From NCBI RefSeq assembly GCF_000011805.1, contig NC_006840.2: a DNA stretch of 32,000 nt, one strand, 5' to 3'. Positions 1 to 8,969 of the stretch are shown one piece after another. The translations under genes were made by a program, and so were the position numbers. The notes below the pieces were generated by a model. It saw only the letters and a list, made by a program, of their open reading frames with translations, ran no database searches and was not told where the DNA came from. Within the stretch, counting starts at the first letter, position 1, and the number at the start of each line of letters is the position of its first letter. The stretch comes from Aliivibrio fischeri ES114. GTDB taxonomy: Bacteria; Pseudomonadota; Gammaproteobacteria; Enterobacterales; Vibrionaceae.

Positions 1-426
1 AAATGGTACTAGATCCGTCTGAAGTGAGTACTCTTTTTTTAGCTTAATTAAAGTAATGATCCTATCTTGATCTTTCTTATTTATATTTTCATGATTCACA
101 TAAGCTCTCACACGTTCACCAACATTCGAGTCAAAAGAGAAACTCCAATCGATCGGAACTGAAGATTGCCCACCAGTTAAATGACTTTGAAGAGCCGTAG
201 AGGCAGAATTAAGGAATACCTTAGGTCCAATAAAAAGAGGTGTTATCCAAGGGGCTTTATTTGTTATATCTTCTAAATTAATATGCAAACCAGCTGCATT
301 AGATGACTCTGTAGATATAACTGTCCGAATGTAAACTGCATCCTGAGGTCGAGAAATATTCTCCAACCTTTCTAAGTCACCATTTACCAGAATTTCATAA
401 ATTTCATCTACTACAGGTCTTTCCAT
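1..426 (-). CDS. hypothetical protein, N-terminal 142 codons only (3' end lies beyond the left edge of the window)
   Basis: Absent from the supplied track because there is no stop inside the window. Reverse-strand ATG at 424-426 is preceded by GAGGAAAAT (good Shine-Dalgarno spacing). The frame is open for 142 codons to position 1 (MERPVVDEIYEILVNGDLERLENISRPQDAVYIRT...KKEYSLQTDLVPF). No family recognised. Confidence 0.5.
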   Translation of the reverse strand, partial: MERPVVDEIYEILVNGDLERLENISRPQDAVYIRTVISTESSNAAGLHINLEDITNKAPWITPLFIGPKVFLNSASTALQSHLTGGQSSVPIDWSFSFDSNVGERVRAYVNHENINKKDQDRIITLIKLKKEYSLQTDLVPF

Positions 427-780
427 ATTTTCCTCAAACTTTGAAACGCTTAACGCTATGTTAAAATGTAAGCAACGAAATATCGAAACTCCTGCATACC
501 ACTTTAAACACAAAACGCAGCGCATATAAAAATGCTACGAGTTGCGAATCACTCATAAAAAATTGTTATATTTCTGACTTTACACAGCTTCTTGCTATTT
601 ATGTTTAAAACTTAGCTCATTATTTAGTTTATTTTCCAACGTTTGAACCTGCTTCACCATTGAATCTAGGGTTATCTCAGTTTCCTTAAGCTTCCAGCTA
701 TTTTCTTCTGGGACACTCCCTTTAATTGCAATACCACTTTCCATCCACTTTATGAGAGTTTTATAGAACCCTAATATGCG

Positions 781-1290
781 CTATTGTTTCAGTATGTAAT
801 CATCTAAATCGTCTGCCATTACCTGAAAAGGTCTGAATGCGTTATATCCTATGTATACAGCGGTGATAGATCCTTTAGGAAAACTATACATTGACATTAG
901 TCGACCATTGATTAGCTCAGTTTTAAATAAGGAACGCTTCAACTGAAGCTCACCCACAACACGTACTTCTTCTTCGTAAGACCAATCTTGTGACTTGAAA
1001 AGAAATGTTCTTTTCAATATTTCTTCAGTGTTGTTTAGGAACTCACATTGATAAGAACTGGAATCATTATTTGTAGGCTTAGTTCTTGTATAAATCATAT
1101 CTCCTTTTGACGCTGGTATCACAAACTCATCCGAGTTTAATTGTGAAACTATAGAATCAAACTCAATTACAACACCCTCGTATGAGTTTGTATAATGAGC
1201 CCACATTAAAGGGTTTAGCGGTTCTCTTGTTAAAGATAAAACTCTATGATTTACTCTCGCTTTCAATAGGACTTGGCTTATTGTGGTCAT
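781..1290 (-). CDS. DUF2971-like protein (169 aa from the only ATG); the conserved N-terminal part lies upstream with no start codon, so it may be a pseudogene
   Basis: PLMWAHYTNSYEGVVIEFD and KSQDWSYEEEVRVV resemble the DUF2971 core motifs. The same frame stays open up to 1452 (KLHNGLYKYTSFSAAEKIIETLKIGFNQIDNFNYPFE...) and is closed by an in-frame TAG at 1453-1455. There is no in-frame ATG/GTG/TTG in 1291-1452. Confidence 0.6.
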   Translation of the reverse strand: MTTISQVLLKARVNHRVLSLTREPLNPLMWAHYTNSYEGVVIEFDSIVSQLNSDEFVIPASKGDMIYTRTKPTNNDSSSYQCEFLNNTEEILKRTFLFKSQDWSYEEEVRVVGELQLKRSLFKTELINGRLMSMYSFPKGSITAVYIGYNAFRPFQVMADDLDDYILKQ

Positions 1291-1809
1291 AGCAGCACAA
1301 TCCGAATTATGGCTAGATTCCCATAACCCCGTAGCTCTCCCCTCGAAAGGATAATTAAAGTTATCAATTTGATTGAAACCAATTTTTAATGTTTCAATGA
1401 TTTTTTCAGCAGCACTAAATGAAGTGTACTTATATAACCCATTATGTAATTTCTACGTTTGAACTTTAGTGAAATATAACACTCTCTCTACGACAAAATG
1501 TCTTTTAGTTCCCTACCACATTTGTCGCTAGCTATTCTATTAAGGCATCTCGCCTTTTTCTAGGACTCAAACAAATCAACACTATAAGCTCGTCGGTCGA
1601 TATAGTTCGCTGCTTTCATACTTTGCGACAACCTGTCGCTTTGTGCTGTTAGCTCAAACTCTTCTTGCGCACATCATACCCTTTAATGGGTAGATTTCAT
1701 TTCCTTTTTTCTTGTTTTGCTTATAAGTTCTAATTTTTCATTAAATCCTAACTTATTGATAATATTAACTATAGATAGAAATATTTCTCTTTTACCAATC
1801 ATCAGACAC

Positions 1810-1844
1810 AAAAAAACCGAGCAAGTTACCCTGCTCGGCTTTTG
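1810..1844 (-). terminator. Rho-independent terminator downstream of fdhC (symmetric A/T flanks, potentially bidirectional)
   Basis: ccgagca (1817-1823) pairs with tgctcgg (1832-1838). An A-run at 1810-1816 gives a U-run on the minus-strand transcript. It sits 30 nt past the fdhC stop. Confidence 0.75.
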
Positions 1845-1874
1845 AATTTATGACAATAAAAGTGATTAACTTAT

Positions 1875-2897
1875 TTAGTCTACTTTCTTATCTTGTGGTT
1901 GGTTTTCAGGAAGGTCTTTCACTTCGTGATACCATAAGTCATGGTGCTCTTTTGCCCATGTCTCATCAACATCACCGGTTACCATGCCATCTAGACCCGC
2001 TTCCATACCGAACAGGCCGATATAGATGTGGAAGATGAAACCACAGATAAGGATAAGTGCTGATAGCATATGCACAAGGTTAGATAGTTCCATGTCACGA
2101 CGTAATTGGCCGAACATTGGAAAATCTAAAACAAAACCACTGAAAGCAACAACGATACCGAATACAATTAGTAACCAGTAAATTGCTTTTTCACCACCAT
2201 TAGAGAAACCTGCTGATGGGTGTGAACCTTTGTGTTTACCTACCATGCCGCCCATTTTCATGAACCATTGAATGTCTGTCTTGTTGAAGATAGATTTTCT
2301 CCACCATTTCAGAAGTACACACATTAGTAGGATAAAGAAGATCGGTCCCATGTAGTTGTGGTATTGCTTCGCGGCATAAATGATCATGCCCCAGATTTCA
2401 CTTGGTAAAATCGGTTTTAAAAAGTGTTTACCATAAACTAAACATAAACCACTGAACGCTAGAGTTAAAAAGCTAAATGCCATGCTCCAGTGTAAGGCGC
2501 GATCCATACGAGACCAACGTTTGATCTTACGGCCTGTTTTTGGCTTGCTTAGTTTTAATGGACCAACGACGAAGTACGCCAGTGTTACCATTACTAAACT
2601 ACCAAAAATAGCAAGTGCACCTAATGGTGACATCCACTTCTCTTTTAGTACAAACCACGTTTCGCCTGCCGTACTAATAAGTACGCCATGTTCAGGCCAT
2701 TGCGAAGTTGTGTAGCCTTCTTGACCTGCTCTTACTTCACGCCAGATATCTGCGCCAGCAAGTTGGGTCATTTCTTTCTCTGCGCTCTTCGCGGCTGCAC
2801 TCTCATTTGCCATGCTTGGCATAGCAAATGAAAGCGTTAATGCTGCCATTAGCGGCAGCAATAACGAAAGAGAAAGACGTTTTAATTGTTTCAACAT
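1875..2897 (-). CDS. fdhC: formate dehydrogenase gamma subunit (cytochrome b, membrane anchor), 340 aa
   Basis: Multi-TM protein with conserved His-bearing helices (RALHWSMAFSF, AKQYHNYMGPIF, LVHMLSAL, FIFHIYIG), last gene after fdhA/fdhB. The track ORF (to 3110) overlaps fdhB. The internal ATG at 2895-2897 is preceded by GGAGAGAG and starts MLKQLKRLSLSLLLPLMAALTLSFA (signal-like). Confidence 0.85.
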   Translation of the reverse strand: MLKQLKRLSLSLLLPLMAALTLSFAMPSMANESAAAKSAEKEMTQLAGADIWREVRAGQEGYTTSQWPEHGVLISTAGETWFVLKEKWMSPLGALAIFGSLVMVTLAYFVVGPLKLSKPKTGRKIKRWSRMDRALHWSMAFSFLTLAFSGLCLVYGKHFLKPILPSEIWGMIIYAAKQYHNYMGPIFFILLMCVLLKWWRKSIFNKTDIQWFMKMGGMVGKHKGSHPSAGFSNGGEKAIYWLLIVFGIVVAFSGFVLDFPMFGQLRRDMELSNLVHMLSALILICGFIFHIYIGLFGMEAGLDGMVTGDVDETWAKEHHDLWYHEVKDLPENQPQDKKVD

Positions 2898-2913
2898 CAC
2901 TCTCTCCACCGGA

Positions 2914-3522
2914 TTAGCTCTTAGTCGCATCAAACGCAAGATCTTCACCGTCAGTCCAACCTGCGTCTTTCGCGCCACGCTCAACAACACGTTGACGGAA
3001 GATATCAGATACTTTCTCTGCATCACCAGCCAATAGTGCTTTTGTTGAACATAGAGAAGCACACATTGGTAATTTACCTTCAGCGATACGGTTTGCACCG
3101 TATTTCTCACGTTCTTCTTTAGAACCTGGTTCTACACCTGGGCCACCAGCACAGAATGTACATTTGTCCATTTTACCACGCTCAGCAAATGCACCCTGCT
3201 TAGGGAACTGAGGCGCACCAAATGGGCAAGCAAACAGACAGTAACCACAACCGATACAAAGATCTTTGTTGTGACGTACGATGCCGTCTTCTGTGTGTTC
3301 AAAACAGTCTGCAGGACATACTGCTTTACATGGTGCATCAGTACAGTGCATACATGCTACTGAAATTGATGTTTCACCCGGTTCACCGTCGTTTAGTGTT
3401 ACTACGCGACGACGTTGAATGCCCCATTCTAGAGCATCGTCATTTTCGTTTTTACATGCAGTGACACAGCCGTTACATTCGATACAACGCTTGGTGTCAC
3501 ATAAGAATTTCATTCTAGCCAT
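2914..3522 (-). CDS. fdhB: formate dehydrogenase iron-sulfur (beta) subunit, 4Fe-4S ferredoxin type
   Basis: Cys clusters CIECNGCVTAC, CMHCTDAPCKAVCP, CIGCGYCLFACP and CTFC. It lies 13 nt downstream of fdhA. Confidence 0.9.
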   Translation of the reverse strand: MARMKFLCDTKRCIECNGCVTACKNENDDALEWGIQRRRVVTLNDGEPGETSISVACMHCTDAPCKAVCPADCFEHTEDGIVRHNKDLCIGCGYCLFACPFGAPQFPKQGAFAERGKMDKCTFCAGGPGVEPGSKEEREKYGANRIAEGKLPMCASLCSTKALLAGDAEKVSDIFRQRVVERGAKDAGWTDGEDLAFDATKS

Positions 3523-3535
3523 TTTATATCACCCC

Positions 3536-6391
3536 TTACGCTTTTGTGATTTTACATAGTGTCACTTTGGTTTCCTGCATTTGCGTTACAGGGTCATAAC
3601 CATAAGTGGTTGCTGTGTTTGCTGCTTCACCAATAACGTATGGATCAGTGCCTTCTGGGTATTTATTACGTAAGTCTTCACCTTGGAATTTACCGCCAAA
3701 GTGGAATGGTACGAATGCTAAGCCAGGCTTAACGCGACGAGTTACCATTGCCTTAACGTGAATGCGACCTTTCTCTGCACCTTCAACCCAAACCATATCA
3801 CCGTCTTTAAAGCCGATGTCGTTTGCGTCTTTCGGGTTCACTTCAACGAACATTTCTTGTTGAAGCTCAGCTAGCCATGGGTTTGAACGTGTTTCTTCAC
3901 CACCACCTTCGTACTCAACAAGACGACCAGAAGTCAGAATAATTGGGTATTCTTTTGACTTGTCTTGGTCTTGAATTGTTTTGTACAGCGTTGGAATACG
4001 GAAGTTCGCAGCGCGGTCATCCCATGTTGGGTAATCAGCAACAAGATCACGACGAGGTGTGTATAACGGCTCACGGTGTTGTGGAACACGGTCAGGGAAC
4101 GTCCATACAATTGCACGTGCTTTTGCATTACCAAATGGCATACAACCGTGTTTAATAGCAACACGTTGAATACCGCCAGATAAGTCAGTTTTCCAGTTTT
4201 TACCTTCTGCTGCTACTTTCTCTTCTGGTGTTAAATCGTCCCACCAGCCTAGTTGTTTAAGCAGTTTGTCAGTGAATTCTGGGTGACCATCTTCGATTTC
4301 ACAACCTACTGGGTAGCTGTCTTCAGCTAGTAGGCTTTGACCTTCATATTCCACACCAAAACGTGTACGGAAGTTACCGCCGCCTTGAGCAACAGGTTTA
4401 GACGTATCATAAAGGATATGCGTACCTGGGTGCTTCATTTCTGGTGTACCCCAACAAGGCCAAGGAAGACCGTAGGTTTCACCGTTTACTGGGCCGCCTT
4501 CTGCTTCTAGCGTTGTTTTGTGGAACGTGTGCCAGTTTTGTGTGTGCGCTTTAATACGCTCAGGGCTTTGACCTGTGTAACCGATTGTCCACATACCTTT
4601 GTTGAATTCACGTGTGATGTCTTCAATTACAGGTTGGTTGTTTTCATCAATTTGAATGTTTTTGAACAGTTGATCTGCATAACCAAGTTTTTTACTTAGT
4701 AGGTACATGATCTCGTGGTCAGGTTTTGATTCAAACAGTGGCTCAACGATTTTTTCACGCCATTGGAATGAACGGTTTGATGCCGTTACAGAACCGTGCG
4801 TTTCAAATTGTGTTGTTGCTGGTAGTAGGTATACCCCATCAGTACGGTCGTTCATTACCGCTGCAACCGTTGGGTATGGGTCTACAATAACCATCATATC
4901 CAGCTTGCTCATTGCTTTTCTGATTTCAGTACCACGTGTTTGTGAGTTTACTGCGTGACCCCAGTAGAACATTGCACGGATATTGTCGTTTTGTTCGATG
5001 TTTGCTTTGTCTTCTAAAACACCATCAACCCAACGAGATACAGGAATACCAAAGTTATTCATTGGCGCTTTGCCGTTGTATTTACCTTGGTCGAAGCGGC
5101 CTTTGATCCACTCGAAATCTAATTCCCATACTTTAGACCAGTGTTTCCATGCGCCTTCACCAACACCGTAGTAGCCAGGAAGCGTATCAGAAAGAACGCC
5201 TAAATCCGTTGCACCTTGTACGTTATCGTGACCACGGAAGATATTTGCACCACCACCTGATTTACCCATGTTGCCAAGAGCAAGTTCTAGGATACAGTAT
5301 GCACGTGTGTTGTTGTTACCTGTTGTATGTTGAGTACCACCCATACACCAAACAACACAACCTGGACGGTTTTCAGAAAGCAGTTTTGCTGTTTCGTAAA
5401 CTTCAGCTTCAGTGATGCCTGTTACACGCTCAACTTCTGCTGGGTTCCATTTTGCAACTTCTGTGCGGATCTCATCCATACCAAATACACGTTGGTTAAT
5501 GAATTCTTGATCTTCCCATTTGTTTGCAAATACATGCCATAGTACACCCCAGATGAAAGCAACATCTGAGCCCGGACGCAATGCAACATAGTGATCAGCT
5601 TTTGCTGCTGTACGTGTACGACGTGGATCAGCAACAACGATCTTACAACTGTTCTTCTCTTTTGCGATCAGAATATGTTGCATTGCTACTGGGTGCGCTT
5701 CTGCTGGGTTTGAACCAATGAACAGAATTGACTTACAGTTGTGCATGTCATTGAATGAGTTTGTCATCGCACCGTAACCCCAAGTGTTTGCTACACCGGC
5801 TACAGTTGTTGAGTGACAAATACGCGCTTGGTGGTCAATGTTGTTTGTGCCCCACATTGCTGCGTTTTTACGATACAAGTATGCTTGTTCGTTGTTGTGT
5901 TTTGCAGAACCTAACCAGTAAACTGAATCAGGACCTGATTCTTTACGGATCTCAAGTGCTTTGTTACCCACTTCTTCAATCGCTTGTTCCCACGATAGTT
6001 TTTTCCACTTACCGTTTTCAAGCTTCATTGGGTATTTAAGACGACGCTCACCGTGACCATGTTCACGAAGTGCTGCACCTTTTGCACAGTGACCACCTGC
6101 ATTGAATGGGTGGTCAAATGCTGGTTCTTGACCAGTCCATACGCCATTTTGTACTTCAGCGTAGATACCACAACCTACTGAACAGTGTGAACAGATAGTA
6201 CGTTTCACTTCTGTAGGTGCATCAACTGGCACTTCTTTCGCTTGTGCTTTTTTCATCATGCTTGGAACAAACATGCTTGCACTTGCTACTGCACCCGCAG
6301 CAATTGTTGAAGTACGCATGAACATACGACGTGTAATGCCCAGTTGGTTCTCTTGCTTCTGTACCGAATCGGAACGTTTAGTCAGTTTCAT
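3536..6391 (-). CDS. fdhA: formate dehydrogenase catalytic (alpha) subunit, molybdopterin oxidoreductase, Tat-exported, Cys-type
   Basis: 951 aa. Twin-arginine motif ITRRMFMRTS. N-terminal Fe-S motif CSHCSVGCG. Active-site stretch HQARICHSTTVAGV matches the FdnG ARV-U-HGPTVA region, with Cys (TGT, 5816-5818) in place of selenocysteine. ATG is preceded by GGAG. Confidence 0.93.
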   Translation of the reverse strand: MKLTKRSDSVQKQENQLGITRRMFMRTSTIAAGAVASASMFVPSMMKKAQAKEVPVDAPTEVKRTICSHCSVGCGIYAEVQNGVWTGQEPAFDHPFNAGGHCAKGAALREHGHGERRLKYPMKLENGKWKKLSWEQAIEEVGNKALEIRKESGPDSVYWLGSAKHNNEQAYLYRKNAAMWGTNNIDHQARICHSTTVAGVANTWGYGAMTNSFNDMHNCKSILFIGSNPAEAHPVAMQHILIAKEKNSCKIVVADPRRTRTAAKADHYVALRPGSDVAFIWGVLWHVFANKWEDQEFINQRVFGMDEIRTEVAKWNPAEVERVTGITEAEVYETAKLLSENRPGCVVWCMGGTQHTTGNNNTRAYCILELALGNMGKSGGGANIFRGHDNVQGATDLGVLSDTLPGYYGVGEGAWKHWSKVWELDFEWIKGRFDQGKYNGKAPMNNFGIPVSRWVDGVLEDKANIEQNDNIRAMFYWGHAVNSQTRGTEIRKAMSKLDMMVIVDPYPTVAAVMNDRTDGVYLLPATTQFETHGSVTASNRSFQWREKIVEPLFESKPDHEIMYLLSKKLGYADQLFKNIQIDENNQPVIEDITREFNKGMWTIGYTGQSPERIKAHTQNWHTFHKTTLEAEGGPVNGETYGLPWPCWGTPEMKHPGTHILYDTSKPVAQGGGNFRTRFGVEYEGQSLLAEDSYPVGCEIEDGHPEFTDKLLKQLGWWDDLTPEEKVAAEGKNWKTDLSGGIQRVAIKHGCMPFGNAKARAIVWTFPDRVPQHREPLYTPRRDLVADYPTWDDRAANFRIPTLYKTIQDQDKSKEYPIILTSGRLVEYEGGGEETRSNPWLAELQQEMFVEVNPKDANDIGFKDGDMVWVEGAEKGRIHVKAMVTRRVKPGLAFVPFHFGGKFQGEDLRNKYPEGTDPYVIGEAANTATTYGYDPVTQMQETKVTLCKITKA

Positions 6392-6403
6392 TATTATGCT
6401 CCG

Positions 6404-6601
6404 TTATAGGCTGTCGTAATAATCACGAATGTGTTGAGTTTCACGATATCCATCGCCTTTTTTCTCAACGTTTTTAGTTTCCGCTACTGTGTTTGCATTT
6501 GCAGTACCAGATACCGCTGCGGCTACTGAACCTGCGGCAGCAGCAGTTGCAAGGCCTTTCAGTAGGTTACGGCGGTTTAGGTCCGTTTTTTTATCGCTCA
6601 T
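6404..6601 (-). CDS. small Tat-signal protein of formate dehydrogenase loci (FdhX-like, 'formate dehydrogenase region TAT target')
   Basis: 65 aa. Twin-arginine motif LNRRNLLKGLATAAAAGSVAAA followed by ANA. AGGAG Shine-Dalgarno. Stop is 12 nt upstream of the fdhA start. Confidence 0.75.
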   Translation of the reverse strand: MSDKKTDLNRRNLLKGLATAAAAGSVAAAVSGTANANTVAETKNVEKKGDGYRETQHIRDYYDSL

Positions 6602-6685
6602 TCAATGCTCCTATGATTCCAATGTATTTGGAATGGGCTTTTGTTTTTATGGTTCTAATTCTAGTTAAATGAATTGATTTACGTA

Positions 6686-7288
6686 CTATTGCACTTCTGT
6701 AATTTCAATTTCATTTGGGTTCTTAGCAAATCGTGTTTGCTCTACGCTGAAAAACGCCAGAGTCAAACTCACTACCGATTTGTAGAAATTTGCATGTTCA
6801 GCCTGTGTAATTTGATCACAAAGTGAAACAAACCAAGGTTGAATATGTCGATTAAAGAATCGCTGTTGCAGTACTTCTGCATCACCTGACTCGATAAGCA
6901 TAGCCATTACTTCACATAGTGCTGAAATATGATCTTCTGGCTCTTTTACTTCTTCTGCACGCTCGAAACCAAGCTGCATTAGATCTTGTCGTAGTGCGAC
7001 TAATGGTTTTTCCATTAATGCACCAGCCATGTGCCATGAGCCAAACGGCATCACTTCACCACGGCCTACACCAATAAATAAGTTTTGATACTCATCTTCT
7101 AGTGCTTCTTGTTCTGAATTTTTTGCTGCATCTGAAATCACAGACCATGCTTTGCTCATTTCGTGGCTGTCATCGCCTTCGACTTCGATACCACTTAACC
7201 AATCAATCACATTTTGATCAGGTGCTACTCGGTATAAATGTGCTAATAAACCGTAGATTTCTTGTCGAATTTGTTGTTGTTCATTCAT
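6686..7288 (-). CDS. TorD/DmsD-family redox enzyme maturation chaperone, probably formate dehydrogenase-specific
   Basis: 200 aa with the family-typical YxxLF (YQNLFIG) and EPEDH (KEPEDHISALCEVMAML) motifs. It sits between the Fe-S protein gene and the Tat-signal gene. Confidence 0.8.
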   Translation of the reverse strand: MNEQQQIRQEIYGLLAHLYRVAPDQNVIDWLSGIEVEGDDSHEMSKAWSVISDAAKNSEQEALEDEYQNLFIGVGRGEVMPFGSWHMAGALMEKPLVALRQDLMQLGFERAEEVKEPEDHISALCEVMAMLIESGDAEVLQQRFFNRHIQPWFVSLCDQITQAEHANFYKSVVSLTLAFFSVEQTRFAKNPNEIEITEVQ

Positions 7289-7292
7289 GCCA

Positions 7293-8969
7293 TTACACCT
7301 TTAACTGTTTTTCAGGGTTTGCAGACAAATCGGTAAAGATGTCTCGAACTCGACAATCTTCACACATATATAGACGTTTAATTGATGCTTCATCGTTGAA
7401 GTGAGGGTTACCCTGTAACTTAGAGCGTAGCATTTCAATCATTGATGCTGGCGCAAAAGGCGCACCGCAGCTAATACAGCATGCCGCGTCTTCTTTATGC
7501 ACAATTTGTGTTTCTTGACGTGTCTCTTGGTTCCAGTTCATTTGCACTTTCATGCTTAACACTTTTTCTGGACAAGCACTTACGCAAAGACCACATTGAA
7601 CACAATCTTGCTCAATGAATTTCAATGTTGGTGAATCAGGATCACTATGAAGTGCACGTGTTGGACACACAGCGACACAACCCATGCACAAGGTACAATC
7701 TTTAGTTTCGCAACTGATTGTTCCGTATGGTGCGTGTGATGGTAGAGATTGAATCTCTGTGATTTCAATTTGGTTTGCTTTTGAGTCGGCAGCAAGGTGA
7801 TCCAATGCTCCCATTAGACGCTCACGCTTGTTACCTTTTAAAGGTGCATCCATTACAGATAGCGGCGTATCAATCAGTGTCATCTCATTTAACGCTTCCA
7901 TGTAAACCACTTGGATTCGTTGAGGATCTAAACCTAATTGAGTTAACAACGCCTGAGCAATTTCTACTTCTTGTGTTAGTACACGTTGAATGGTTTCTGG
8001 CATTCTGCGGCTTGCGATAAACAGAACTTGCGCTGCGCCATTCACTAGTGCAGAGAACCATGTATCAATACCAACAGACAATAGTTCATCAAGAACCACT
8101 GGAATAACATGGTCTGGCATGGTTTTAAGTGCCATTACATTGAAATTCTCATGACGATCACTACAAAATGCGATAATAGGTGTCTCTCCACCCTCTTTTT
8201 TGTAGTTTGTTAATAAGCGAGTAGCAAAGTTTTGCGTTTTTTCTGCTTCTGGTAATGCGTAGCTGATCGCTTCTGTTGGACACGCGGTTGCACATGTACC
8301 AACACCTTGGCAAAGGTATGGGTTAATTTGGATGTGGTGACCCGTTTGATCCGAACCTTCACTGGTTAATGCGCCAGCAGGACAAGCATCAACACAACGC
8401 TCACACCCTTTTACGCCACGTGAACTGTGTGCACATAACTCTGGGTTTAAGCGGAAATATTTTGGTTTATCAAACGTACCAACAAGACCCGGTAATTCAT
8501 CAAGCACTTGTGCAAGTGTTGGATAACCACGGCCTACTGGGTAGTAACCCGGTACTGGCACTTGTTCTTTCATCACGCTATCTAGTTTCATATCTAAAAC
8601 TAAATCAAAAGCGGTTTTTCCTATGGTTGTTTTAGCAAGGTTTACTCGCTCGCCATTAACCACGCACTCAACATCGAACGCACCTAAGAAGCCTTTAATG
8701 GTGACCTCTTTTGCGTGATAAACGGTTTTGTCCGTTTTTTTGTCTTGAGTATCTGATTCTGTCGATACCAATGTGATGCTGTTTAATTCAGAGAACTGCT
8801 CTGCTACATCAACAATGATGCTCGTAGGCCCGATAATGACCAAGTTACCACGGCTTTCGTAGCTCACCGTTGGCGGGATCAAGTTGTTTAACTCAACGGT
8901 TTGCTCAATAGCGAACTTACGCGCTTTGGCATTCGTTGTTTCTGATTGTGCTAAAAATTGGGTTAACAT
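7293..8969 (-). CDS. large 4Fe-4S ferredoxin-motif iron-sulfur protein associated with formate dehydrogenase
   Basis: Motifs CERCVDACP, CQGVGTCATACP, CTLCMGCVAVCP and CVQCGLCVSACP, plus C-terminal CCISCG...CEDC. The track start at 8993 is possible, but the ATG at 8967-8969 has AGGTGA 5 nt upstream (MLTQFLAQ...). Confidence 0.8.
   Translation of the reverse strand: MLTQFLAQSETTNAKARKFAIEQTVELNNLIPPTVSYESRGNLVIIGPTSIIVDVAEQFSELNSITLVSTESDTQDKKTDKTVYHAKEVTIKGFLGAFDVECVVNGERVNLAKTTIGKTAFDLVLDMKLDSVMKEQVPVPGYYPVGRGYPTLAQVLDELPGLVGTFDKPKYFRLNPELCAHSSRGVKGCERCVDACPAGALTSEGSDQTGHHIQINPYLCQGVGTCATACPTEAISYALPEAEKTQNFATRLLTNYKKEGGETPIIAFCSDRHENFNVMALKTMPDHVIPVVLDELLSVGIDTWFSALVNGAAQVLFIASRRMPETIQRVLTQEVEIAQALLTQLGLDPQRIQVVYMEALNEMTLIDTPLSVMDAPLKGNKRERLMGALDHLAADSKANQIEITEIQSLPSHAPYGTISCETKDCTLCMGCVAVCPTRALHSDPDSPTLKFIEQDCVQCGLCVSACPEKVLSMKVQMNWNQETRQETQIVHKEDAACCISCGAPFAPASMIEMLRSKLQGNPHFNDEASIKRLYMCEDCRVRDIFTDLSANPEKQLKV

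Noticed and set aside
595-744. 49-codon minus-strand ORF (MESGIAIKGSVPEENSWKLKETEITLDSMVKQVQTLENKLNNELSFKHK) between the DUF2971-like gene and the partial left-edge ORF
   Set aside because: It is short, has only a weak SD (GTGG), and I cannot verify any homology. It is mentioned in the accessory-patch finding but not called as a feature.
2898-3110. 71-codon N-terminal extension of the fdhC ORF in the track
   Set aside because: It overlaps the 3' end of fdhB in another frame. The internal ATG at 2897 has a GGAGAG SD and gives a signal-like N-terminus.
1850-3464. Plus-strand ORFs (1850-2038, 2482-2715, 2812-3036, 3222-3464) and the minus alternate-frame ORF 3132-3338, all overlapping fdhC/fdhB
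   Set aside because: They are antisense or alternate-frame shadows of well-supported genes and have no independent support.
3934-6039. Nine track ORFs of 62-94 aa inside the fdhA coordinates (3934-4164, 3943-4155, 4707-4958, 4983-5171, 5149-5415, 5327-5542, 5422-5637, 5755-6039 and others)
   Set aside because: All lie antisense or out of frame within a 951-codon gene with unmistakable formate dehydrogenase homology. Their products are low-complexity with no SD sites, so they are shadow ORFs.
3536-6391. Search for an in-frame TGA (selenocysteine) or a frameshift in fdhA
   Set aside because: The frame is uninterrupted and the Sec-equivalent codon is TGT, so there is no recoding event.
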